Of a stretch of DNA of 49,442 nt, positions 8,596 through 17,185 are shown piece by piece (position 1 is the stretch's first letter; each line of letters begins with the position of its first letter). Both the position numbers and the translations under genes were made by a program. Below the pieces are notes generated by a model, which saw nothing but the letters and a program-made list of their open reading frames with translations, ran no database searches and had not been told where the DNA came from. The DNA comes from an uncultured Lachnospiraceae bacterium. GTDB lineage: Bacteria; Bacillota; Clostridia; Lachnospirales; Lachnospiraceae. The stretch is taken from NCBI GenBank assembly GCA_949740745.1, contig CATJIW010000196.1:1-49442 (forward strand). Direction: 5' to 3'.

Positions 8596-10565
8596 TCCCT
8601 ATACTTCTGAGTAATACGAAGCATGGCGAACTCCACGCCGTCCTCCTTCGCCCGTTTCCAGTTAATTGCGCCTTGATGAGCCGAAACATCAACTCCCCAG
8701 CGTTCCGGATAGTACCCAAGATCCAAATCAACGTTTCCGGAAATCCCATTCACCCGTCCTCGTTCTGTATACTGCCACATTTCCACATTGGTAAGACCGG
8801 TGTAATTACCACCTTCATATCCGGTATTTTTGACCATTGTCCTGGTTGCCGCATCATTGAACTGCAGAATCGTATCGCTCCAGCGGTACCTTGCGATCCA
8901 TATCCCATAAAGAGAAGCAATCTGATCATAATCAAACACCCGTCTCAATTTACTGGGACTTCCATAAACCCACGTTTTATATCCGGCCGCCTGTAACACA
9001 GAGCAAAATTCCTTTGCCATTGCCATATTATTCAGCTTGGCTGCCGATGTCATATGCTCTTCCTCTTCCAAATCATACACGATGGGATAAGTTACCTGAT
9101 ATCCTTTCAGCAGGCTGACTGCGAGCTCTGCTTCTCTTCTCGCTTCCTCCGGAGTAGATGCGTAGCTGTATACATAACCGCCGATCGGAATCCCATTGGC
9201 CAAAGCGCCTCTGGCATTTGTCTGGAAATAATTGTCTTCCATCAAAGTCGGACGATGTTTCCAGTAAAAAGCATTTTCAGTAGTTCCAGGTGCCGCCTCT
9301 CCCTTTGTCACAAGGACGATCTCAATAGCCTCCAGACGCTTGGAATACCCTTCGCTTCCGACGGATTCTCCATTTTTCCCCCATCCGGTCCATCCAAAAG
9401 TCTGACAATGAACCCGGTAATAAATATCATATTTCCCGGCCATCTCTCCGGTCAGACGGATCTCAATGGCTTCCAGACGTTTGGACTTTCCTTCTGTTCC
9501 TGAAACCTCCCAGTCTTTTACCCAATCCTGCCAGCCATAAGTCTGCACATGGGTCCGATACTCCACACTTCCTTCTGTAAAATCATGATTATCCAAACGG
9601 ATCTTGATGCCTTCCAGTCGCTTGGACTTTCCCTCTGTTCCATTAGATACACCGTTAGCAGTTTCCGGCTGCCAGCCATAGGTCTGCACATGGGTCTGGT
9701 ATGTAACCTTCAGGTTTTCCCTGTAGGCCCCCTCCTCTGTTCCCGGAACCGCACCGCCTTTCTCTACCAAAACAATCTCAATAGCCTCCAAACGTTTATA
9801 ATAGCCGCGGCTTCCGGACGGCGCACCGTTTTTCGCCCAGCCCATCCAGCCGTAGGTCTGACAATGAACACGATAATAAATATCGTATTTCTCTGCCATT
9901 TCCCCGGTCAGACGAATCTGAATGGCCTCCAGACGTTTATATTTACCTTCTGTCCCGGAGAGCTCTCCGTCCTTTACCCAATCCATCCAGCCATACGTTT
10001 GCACATGAGTACGGTATTCCACGCTCCCCTCGATCAGATTGCGGTCAGACAAATGAATCCTGATTCCCTCCAGACGCTTGGACTTACCTATAGAACCATT
10101 GGGTACGCCATTAGAGCTCTCTGGCTGCCAGCCATAGGTCTGTACATGAGTCTGATATAAAATCTCAGGATCTGCCGTTCCGTATACTTCCGCGGCTTCT
10201 GACAGCAGTTCTGTCTCACTTTCTGTCTCTTCCGATTCCTGCACAGGCAGAGATTCTTCAGCGCCGATGCTTTCTGTAATCTCCGTTTCAGTTTCAAATA
10301 TTATTTCGGATTCTGTCTCCGCATCTCCTGTCTCAGGTATCGCGCTGCTCTCCCCGATCTCGGGTACTGTACTGTCGCTTTCCTTATCCGGGCTTTCCGA
10401 AATATCCTCTGATGATACATCCTCTGCAGTCGATATAACCCCGTCCACATTTTCTCTCTCCGGCTCCTGAAGTGCCGCAGCACACAAAGGCTGTGCCAGC
10501 ATGGATATACAAAGCATAAATCCCATTGCCATCTTTACCGGGTTCTTCCAAATAATTTTCTTCAA
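8592..10565 (-). CDS. Secreted ChW-repeat protein with circularly permuted GH25 muramidase
   Basis: TTG start with GGAGG RBS; signal peptide; acidic linker; 6 ChW repeats; GH25 motifs GIPIGGYVYSYA, IVYDLE, MWQYT and VDLD, with GVDVSAHQG at the C-terminus. Confidence 0.85.
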   Translation of the reverse strand: MKKIIWKNPVKMAMGFMLCISMLAQPLCAAALQEPERENVDGVISTAEDVSSEDISESPDKESDSTVPEIGESSAIPETGDAETESEIIFETETEITESIGAEESLPVQESEETESETELLSEAAEVYGTADPEILYQTHVQTYGWQPESSNGVPNGSIGKSKRLEGIRIHLSDRNLIEGSVEYRTHVQTYGWMDWVKDGELSGTEGKYKRLEAIQIRLTGEMAEKYDIYYRVHCQTYGWMGWAKNGAPSGSRGYYKRLEAIEIVLVEKGGAVPGTEEGAYRENLKVTYQTHVQTYGWQPETANGVSNGTEGKSKRLEGIKIRLDNHDFTEGSVEYRTHVQTYGWQDWVKDWEVSGTEGKSKRLEAIEIRLTGEMAGKYDIYYRVHCQTFGWTGWGKNGESVGSEGYSKRLEAIEIVLVTKGEAAPGTTENAFYWKHRPTLMEDNYFQTNARGALANGIPIGGYVYSYASTPEEARREAELAVSLLKGYQVTYPIVYDLEEEEHMTSAAKLNNMAMAKEFCSVLQAAGYKTWVYGSPSKLRRVFDYDQIASLYGIWIARYRWSDTILQFNDAATRTMVKNTGYEGGNYTGLTNVEMWQYTERGRVNGISGNVDLDLGYYPERWGVDVSAHQGAINWKRAKEDGVEFAMLRITQKYRE

Positions 10566-10615
10566 ACTAATCCCTCCGTAGATTTAAACTTTCTGTTGTA
10601 GCACCATACGCTACC

Positions 10616-10644
10616 ATTATAACGGCAATTTCTTCGTCTTGCAA
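10616..10644 (-). promoter_or_regulatory. SigmaA-type promoter for the GH25 and GT2 genes
   Basis: Minus strand reads TTGCAA-17 nt-TATAAT, about 50 nt upstream of the TTG start. Confidence 0.75.
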
Positions 10645-10686
10645 TCATAAAAATTTCCCAAGCTTCTTTTCCTTATCTTCCATGCT

Positions 10687-10725
10687 AAAATCGCTGTTCG
10701 GCAGATCTCTGCCAAACAGCGATTT
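10687..10725 (-). terminator. Rho-independent terminator after the L,D-transpeptidase gene
   Basis: Minus strand AAATCGCTGTTTGGCAGAGATCTGCCGAACAGCGATTTT forms a long stem with one G-U pair and ends in a T run. Confidence 0.8.
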
Positions 10726-10760
10726 CAGGAACTCACATTTTATTAAATGAATCACTCAGG

Positions 10761-12731
10761 TCATAAAGTCGGATCAGTCGGATCCCATTTTTGATTTGCC
10801 GGAATCGGCACCAGCACCGGCCGGTCAAAAGGACCCGGATTCGAATCATTGTAAACGGTTACCAACGTTCCGACCGCACATCTCTGGTAAAGCCAATAGG
10901 CTTCTCCACACAGCAAACGGATGCAGCCGGCCGAACGTATGATGCCCAAACCGTTATATCCTTCTGTAAGCATGGTTCTGTTATTCCTTGATTCATAAGT
11001 GATCGAATGAAACAAAACCCCCGGACTCTGTGTCAGCCTGGTCGCAAACTGAGCCTGAGTGCCATTAAACATGGTCTGCCAACGATGCTTCGCCAATGTA
11101 GGCCGGGTCCCAAGAGGCGTATCATCTCCCGTCGAACACAGCATCGCTTTCACCGGGATAATATAACCATTGGCTCCGTCAGCAGCATACACCGTTACAC
11201 AATTAGCCTGCTTATTAACTTTGATCTGGTAAGAAGACTGAGGTCCGATAATGCCGTCTACATTCTGGCAAAGACTCCCGTCACCATTAAAATAATATTT
11301 CAATCCACCGATATACCTCCATCCAGTCACAGGCGCCCCATTGACCAGATAGTATCTGTTCCCATTCCTTGTCGTCCAGCCGGTTCCCCCTCCTCGGACA
11401 GCAGGAGCCGAATAATATATATTTGCATAAAATCCGGGACCGGTAAATTCATGATAAGCCGCCTGGCCAAGAGGCACCGGCTTTATCCCGCTCTTTGACC
11501 CGATCCTGATCTCGATTGCCTCTGCGCGCATTGCCAGATTTACGGTACCGGCGGTCTCTCCGTTTTTCGCCCAGCCCAGCCAGCCGTAATCCTGAACGTA
11601 CACACGATAGTACACATCACTGACATTTGCCAACTGTCCGGTCAGACGGATCTGAAGGGCCTCTACCCGTTTTGACTTCCCGGATGTACCGTTCAATTCT
11701 CCATTACCGGTCCAATCCCGCCAGCCATAACTCTGCACATAAGTACGATATTCTACAGTTCCCGTCAGATTTGTTTCTCCTGTCAGCTTCACTGCCAGGG
11801 ATTCCATCCTTTTATTATTGCCCGGTACTCCACAGGTAGCCCCTTCAGCAACCCAGTCCATCGTCCCATAGGTCTGCTGATGAGCCTGGTAAGTTACCCC
11901 CGGCAGCATTGCGCAGGTAATCTCCCGTTCCCCCACAGGCGCAGGAGCGGCCTCTCCTTTTTTCACCAGCCGGATCCGGATCCCTTCCAGACGCTTTGCA
12001 AGGCCGCTGGTCCCGGCCATCTCATCATTCTTCGCCCAGTTCAGCCAGCCAAGACTCTGCACATGAACACAATAATAAACATCATATTTTTCGGCCAGTT
12101 CCCCGGTCAGGCGGATCTGGATTCCCTCCAGACGCTTATACTTTCCTTCCGTTCCGGAAAAGTCGCCATTTTTCACATATTCCTGCCAGCCAAAGCTCTG
12201 CACATGGGTCCGGTACTCAATATCGCCTCCCACGCCTGCATTCTGAACGGAGATCTTGATTCCTTCCAGACGCTTTGACTTATGCTCTGTTCCGGACATC
12301 TCTCCGTTTCTCACCGGTCCCAGACTCCAGCCATAGCTCTGCACGTGAGTCTGATATTCCACATCCGGCATCACCTCCGGCGCTGAATTCTCTCCGGCGC
12401 CATAAAAAGAAACTGTTTCTGAAATGGTCTCAGACGCCGTTTCTGTCGGAGCTCCGGTTTCCTCCATGATCGTTTCAGAAGATTGCTCCGTCTCTTCGAC
12501 CGTCATACCATCTGATTCCGACGGCATGTCCGGCTTTTGTACGGCATCTGCTTCCGTTTCACTTTCCTCCGGCAGGGAAGCCTCCGTCCCCGTCTGCATT
12601 TCTTCCGTAGATTCCGGGACATGCTCTTCCGAACTTTCTGTGGCATAAACAAACATCGTCTGACTGAACACACAGGCGAACATCAGTAAAACTGCGATCT
12701 GCCTGCAGCCCTTTTTCCACATCCTTTTCAT
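10761..12731 (-). CDS. Secreted ChW-repeat L,D-transpeptidase (YkuD family)
   Basis: Signal peptide, acidic linker, 6 ChW repeats, two short GW..YY wall-binding-type repeats, then IKVNKQANCVTVY...CSTG..TPLG...LFHS...SAGCIRL (catalytic His and Cys). Confidence 0.88.
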   Translation of the reverse strand: MKRMWKKGCRQIAVLLMFACVFSQTMFVYATESSEEHVPESTEEMQTGTEASLPEESETEADAVQKPDMPSESDGMTVEETEQSSETIMEETGAPTETASETISETVSFYGAGENSAPEVMPDVEYQTHVQSYGWSLGPVRNGEMSGTEHKSKRLEGIKISVQNAGVGGDIEYRTHVQSFGWQEYVKNGDFSGTEGKYKRLEGIQIRLTGELAEKYDVYYCVHVQSLGWLNWAKNDEMAGTSGLAKRLEGIRIRLVKKGEAAPAPVGEREITCAMLPGVTYQAHQQTYGTMDWVAEGATCGVPGNNKRMESLAVKLTGETNLTGTVEYRTYVQSYGWRDWTGNGELNGTSGKSKRVEALQIRLTGQLANVSDVYYRVYVQDYGWLGWAKNGETAGTVNLAMRAEAIEIRIGSKSGIKPVPLGQAAYHEFTGPGFYANIYYSAPAVRGGGTGWTTRNGNRYYLVNGAPVTGWRYIGGLKYYFNGDGSLCQNVDGIIGPQSSYQIKVNKQANCVTVYAADGANGYIIPVKAMLCSTGDDTPLGTRPTLAKHRWQTMFNGTQAQFATRLTQSPGVLFHSITYESRNNRTMLTEGYNGLGIIRSAGCIRLLCGEAYWLYQRCAVGTLVTVYNDSNPGPFDRPVLVPIPANQKWDPTDPTL

Positions 12732-12766
12732 AATCTTACCTCTTTTCCCACAAAATACTATATTTT

Positions 12767-12795
12767 AGTATATAACACTTTAATTCAAATATCCA
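12767..12795 (-). promoter_or_regulatory. Possible promoter for the L,D-transpeptidase gene
   Basis: Minus strand TGGATA-17 nt-TATACT in the AT-rich gap; the -35 is weak. Confidence 0.35.
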
Positions 12796-12837
12796 GCCCC
12801 TTTTCCGAAAGATATTCTTAAATTATTCCTGCTTTTG

Positions 12838-14742
12838 TCAATTTTTCTTTTCAAGCCGAATCTCTATGGCCTCCAGACGTTTAGCCCTGCCCTCCGTCCC
12901 GGCCAATTCTCCGTTTTTCACCCACTCCTGCCAGCCTGCGCTCTGTACATGAACACGGTAACAGACATCATACTGCTCTGCCGCTTCTCCTGTCAATTCA
13001 ATCCGAACAGCCTCTAAACGCTTTGAACGGCCTTCTGTACCTGCTGCCGCTCCGTCTGCCGTCCAGTCCTGCCAGCCCATGCTCTGTACATGAGTCCGGT
13101 ATCGTATCCCTCCGCTGACCGGAAGGCCGCTTAAGCTGATCTTAATGGCTTCCAGACGTTTGGAACGGCCTGTCGTTCCGGCCAAAGCTCCGTTTCTAAC
13201 CGGCTCCTGCCAGCCATAGCTTTGGACATGAGTCTGATAGGACACGGCCGGCTGCTGCCCTACAAAAGATCCTTCCGTATTTCCAGGCGCAGCGCTTCCT
13301 TTTTCTATAATCCGAATCTCAATGGCTTCCAGACGTTTGGACAGCCCTTCCGTCCCGGCGCTCTCTCCGTTTTTTGTCCAGCCAAGCCATCCATAGCTCT
13401 GGACATAAACACGATAATAAATATCATAATCCGAGGCGCCTGTGCCGGTCAGCCAGATCCGAATAGCCTCCATTCTTTTTGACCGATTTTCCGTCCCTGC
13501 CGGTACACCGTCAAACACCGTATCCTGCCAGCCCGCGCTCTGCACATGCGCCTGATAAGCGATCCCCACCTCCGGATTCCCGGAAACTCCTATCTTTATC
13601 GCTTCCATGCGTTTTGACCGGTTCATGGTTCCGGCCACCGCACCGTCAGATACCACATCCTGCCAGCCCACACTCTGCACATGTGCCTGATAAAAAACTG
13701 ACAGGGGAACTTTTTCATTCTGTATCGGACCGGGAGAAGGCTCCTCAGGATTCAAAAGACTTATGCCAATCCGCTTCCACTGCTCTGCCGGTGCCCCCCT
13801 CTGACTGATCTGATACCAGACAGAATCACTTTTGATAAACTCACAATTATACTCCGGTTCTCTCCAGTAATATTCATCATATCTGGTTCCGCTCCCTGAT
13901 AATCCGGAATCATTCCAAACGCTGTGCCCCGTTGACCTGATCTTTGCATCACTGAGCATAAAATTCTGATGAAGCACTTCTCCTGCCCGGTCCCTGTCAT
14001 CCCATGTACAATCCACATGATAAGTCTCTCCGTCCAGAATCACCAGATTCCAGGCATGATTCAGCCCACTGCTGCCCACAAACTCTGTCGGAATACCAAG
14101 CCGCTCTGCCAGAAGCCCAAAAGCCAGCGCATAGCCCTGACACACAGCCCGGCCCTCCACCAGTGCGCAATACGCCGTATAACATCCCTTTCCATTATCC
14201 CATGCCGTACTAAATGTGTATGATACATCCGAAACTAAAGCTTCATGGACAATCATCAGCTTTTCCACCTGCGTCATAGAGGAATCCGTCCTGGCAAGAA
14301 CCTCCGAAACCCTTGCCTCCATAGCCGCTTTCATGGCAGCGATCCGGTTCGAATCCTGCTCCCGGTACTGCCATCTGATTTTAACGGCTTTTCCAGAAGC
14401 TTCATCAGGAACGATCCCATATATATTGGATACATAGAACAACTCCGGATGTCCGTTTACCACACGCTCAAACATACTGGTCAGTTCGCCTTTTTGAGCC
14501 AATGAAATCCCCCAGCCTGATATATCCAGTTCCGGCGACACCTGACTCAGAGACTCATAAATCTGCGCTTCCATCTCTTCGGCCTGAAGAGAATAAACCC
14601 TGATCTCAGAATCTTTTGTATCCAGTGCACCTGCCTGATACAAATCTGCCGCCATTTCTTCCTCTGCCCGGACATTTTGTTTCTGAAACACCAAAAAAGA
14701 CAGTGCAATTAGACCAAGTATAAATACTTTTTTTCTTCTCAT
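12838..14742 (-). CDS. Secreted transglutaminase-like (Cys-His-Asp) protein with 6 C-terminal ChW repeats
   Basis: AVCQGYA, HAWNLV and YHVDCTWDD triad motifs; signal peptide ending VRA. Confidence 0.88.
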   Translation of the reverse strand: MRRKKVFILGLIALSFLVFQKQNVRAEEEMAADLYQAGALDTKDSEIRVYSLQAEEMEAQIYESLSQVSPELDISGWGISLAQKGELTSMFERVVNGHPELFYVSNIYGIVPDEASGKAVKIRWQYREQDSNRIAAMKAAMEARVSEVLARTDSSMTQVEKLMIVHEALVSDVSYTFSTAWDNGKGCYTAYCALVEGRAVCQGYALAFGLLAERLGIPTEFVGSSGLNHAWNLVILDGETYHVDCTWDDRDRAGEVLHQNFMLSDAKIRSTGHSVWNDSGLSGSGTRYDEYYWREPEYNCEFIKSDSVWYQISQRGAPAEQWKRIGISLLNPEEPSPGPIQNEKVPLSVFYQAHVQSVGWQDVVSDGAVAGTMNRSKRMEAIKIGVSGNPEVGIAYQAHVQSAGWQDTVFDGVPAGTENRSKRMEAIRIWLTGTGASDYDIYYRVYVQSYGWLGWTKNGESAGTEGLSKRLEAIEIRIIEKGSAAPGNTEGSFVGQQPAVSYQTHVQSYGWQEPVRNGALAGTTGRSKRLEAIKISLSGLPVSGGIRYRTHVQSMGWQDWTADGAAAGTEGRSKRLEAVRIELTGEAAEQYDVCYRVHVQSAGWQEWVKNGELAGTEGRAKRLEAIEIRLEKKN

Positions 14743-14764
14743 TCTTTCTCCATTTTTTTCTCAG

Positions 14765-17167
14765 TCAGGCCTCAACATAATGTCTGTCTGTACTGCCGGG
14801 GGCCGCTCCTCCCTTCGGAACCAGACGGATCTCTATGGCCTCCAGACGTTTATGCTTGCCGCTGGTTCCGGCAGGCTCTCCGTTTTTCGCCCAGCCCATC
14901 CAGCCATAAGTCTGAGAATGAACCCTATAGTAAATATCATACTGGGCCGCCGCAGTCCCTGACAATTGAATCTCTATGGCCTCCAGACGTTTATATTTCC
15001 CTTCCGTCCCGGACATTGCCCCGTTTTTCACCCATCCCTGCCAGCCATAGGTCTGTACGTGAGTACGATAAGAAATCTCACCCGACACATTGGAAAGCCA
15101 GATCTTAATTCCCTCCAGACGTTTATGTTTCCCTTCTGTCCCATTCATTACGCCGTCCGCCGAAGCAGAAAGCCATCCATAAGTCTGACAATGAGTACTA
15201 TAAGAAACACTCGCCGGTTTTACGGCCGGCATTGTCGGCGCCTCCGTTGTTTTTTTCACAAAAGGCCTTGTGGTTTTTCCAGGAGCCGCGCCGCCTTTGG
15301 GCACCAGTCGGATTTCAATTGCTTCCACCCGTTTTCCATATCCTTCGCTTCCGGCGCTTTCTCCGTTTTTAGCCCAGTCCAGCCAGCCAAAGCTCTGGCA
15401 ATGTACATGATAATAAATATCGTACTTTTTTTCGGCATCTCCCGTCAATTTTATTTCCACGGCCTCCATCCGCTTGCTCTCTTTGGGAAGTCCGCTGATC
15501 TCACCGTCTGATACCCAGGCCTGCCAGCCATAGCTCTGCATGTGAACTCTGTAAGTAACGCCCCCGGAAATCGTATCAGAGAGCTTAACCATCAATGCTT
15601 TAAGCATTTTAAAGCTTCCGACCGTTCCGGCACTCTCACCGTCACCAACCCAAAAATCCCATTCCTTCCCTTCCACATTTGCCCGATAAGAAATCTGCTT
15701 ATCGGCCGGCGGCGGAGCCGTAATGCCGGTCTCATTATAGTCAGGCGTCGCATAACCTACAATAGCTGTATCATTTAACCCGTAGCTCCGCTCTCTGACG
15801 CTGTTGGAAGTATTTCCTTCGATCGTGTAAACCTTTCCGCCGGATATACCCGTCACAATCCCCACATGGTTTACATAGTTGTTATTTGTATTAAACTTAA
15901 AAAAGATCAGATCCCCTGCCTTTGGAGTGTAGCTCCCTCTGTCATGCCAATAGCCGGGGTTTTTGTTATTCTGATACCAGGTCGCCATATTAACCGTAGA
16001 AGCATTCATCCGAAATATGGTCTTTGGAATATTGGCCTGATCCGCACACCAGCTCATAAACATGGCGCACCAGGCCGCCGAAGGATAATAATCCCCGCTG
16101 GCATTGACATAAACATTGTACCAGGTTCCATATTTGGTCGCCATCCCGTCCGCTTTATAATAACCCACCTGAGTTTTGGCAATGGCGATCATATCCTGTA
16201 TCCGGTTTCCTGTATTTTTATGCGTGTTGGGATATCCCTGATCCGGATCTTTCAGATAGGGCGAGGAAAGGTCTCCCGGCGCCGGGCTGCCCTTCGCCTG
16301 AAGCCTTACCTGAACAGCCTCAACCGTCCTGTCCAGAGAAGAATCCACGCCGGCGCTGCCGCCGTTCTCCGCCCAGTCCAGCCAGCCATAGCCCTGCACG
16401 CACACCCGGTAATAAATATCATACTGGTCTGCTGCGGCGCCTGTAAGAGAGGCCTTTATTCTTTCTATCCGCTTTCCCTCTCCAACCGTTCCGGCATATA
16501 CCTTGCCCTCTTTGTCTGCAACAGGGCTTAACCAGCCATGACCCGCACTGTAAACCTGATAATCCACACCGAGGCCGTCCACGCCGGACACCTGCAGAGC
16601 CACAGCCTCCATGCGTTTTCCGCTTCCAGGCACTCCGCAGACCGAGCCGTCCTTCCCGTCCCTCAGCCAGCTATAGGTCTGCATATGTACCTCATAAGAC
16701 ACCGAGGGAGCCGACACTCCATAAAGAGCTGCTTCTTCTTTGCTGACGCCGGATTCTTCCGTACTCTCCGTCTCCTGCTTACTTCCGGTTTCCTCTGTGG
16801 TTTCCGTCTCTTCCACGGAGCTGCTTTCTTCTGTTTCTTCCTCAGAGGATCCGTCCGTACCTTCTTCCCCTTCCACCGTATCTGCTTCCTCTGTGATTTC
16901 CGTCTCTTCCGTACCTGCGGAGCCGGTTTCTGTTTCCTCCGCCTGATCCGTCTGTTTTTCAGAATCGGAACCGGTCTCTATCATTTCTCCGGACGGATCC
17001 GTTTCTTCCGCAGATTCCGTTTCCCGCTCTGATTCCGTTTCCTCTGCCGCCCGGCTTTCAGAGGGGAACTCTCCTGCTGCGCCTGCTTCCATTCCGGCAG
17101 ACGTCCACCCCCCAAAAAGCATGACCATTATCAATAGAAACGAAAGCACTCTTCTCATCTGTCTCAT
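14765..17167 (-). CDS. Secreted CHAP-domain peptidoglycan hydrolase with 3+6 ChW repeats
   Basis: AWCAMFMSWCA, PKAGDLIFF, HVGIV and TIEGNT motifs; signal peptide; long E/T/S-rich linker. Confidence 0.88.
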   Translation of the reverse strand: MRQMRRVLSFLLIMVMLFGGWTSAGMEAGAAGEFPSESRAAEETESERETESAEETDPSGEMIETGSDSEKQTDQAEETETGSAGTEETEITEEADTVEGEEGTDGSSEEETEESSSVEETETTEETGSKQETESTEESGVSKEEAALYGVSAPSVSYEVHMQTYSWLRDGKDGSVCGVPGSGKRMEAVALQVSGVDGLGVDYQVYSAGHGWLSPVADKEGKVYAGTVGEGKRIERIKASLTGAAADQYDIYYRVCVQGYGWLDWAENGGSAGVDSSLDRTVEAVQVRLQAKGSPAPGDLSSPYLKDPDQGYPNTHKNTGNRIQDMIAIAKTQVGYYKADGMATKYGTWYNVYVNASGDYYPSAAWCAMFMSWCADQANIPKTIFRMNASTVNMATWYQNNKNPGYWHDRGSYTPKAGDLIFFKFNTNNNYVNHVGIVTGISGGKVYTIEGNTSNSVRERSYGLNDTAIVGYATPDYNETGITAPPPADKQISYRANVEGKEWDFWVGDGESAGTVGSFKMLKALMVKLSDTISGGVTYRVHMQSYGWQAWVSDGEISGLPKESKRMEAVEIKLTGDAEKKYDIYYHVHCQSFGWLDWAKNGESAGSEGYGKRVEAIEIRLVPKGGAAPGKTTRPFVKKTTEAPTMPAVKPASVSYSTHCQTYGWLSASADGVMNGTEGKHKRLEGIKIWLSNVSGEISYRTHVQTYGWQGWVKNGAMSGTEGKYKRLEAIEIQLSGTAAAQYDIYYRVHSQTYGWMGWAKNGEPAGTSGKHKRLEAIEIRLVPKGGAAPGSTDRHYVEA

Positions 17168-17185
17168 TAAAATCCCTCTTCTCTG

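Larger units (their letters stand above)
9320..16700 (-). repeat. 27 intragenic ChW (clostridial hydrophobic W) repeats over four genes (6+6+6+9); limits approximate
   Basis: Consensus Y[RQ]xHVQxYGWxxWxxNGxxxGTxGxxKRLEAIxIxL counted by eye in the four proteins; a few copies in the CHAP protein are degenerate. Confidence 0.9.

Noticed and set aside
8592-10565. GH25 and CHAP genes as prophage lysins
   Set aside because: They have Sec signal peptides, no holin or phage genes are nearby, and they are coupled to host glycan genes.
9320-16700. Periodic DNA repeats about 135-150 nt apart, resembling a CRISPR or other array
   Set aside because: They are degenerate, in-frame ChW coding repeats; there are no unique spacers, leader or cas genes.
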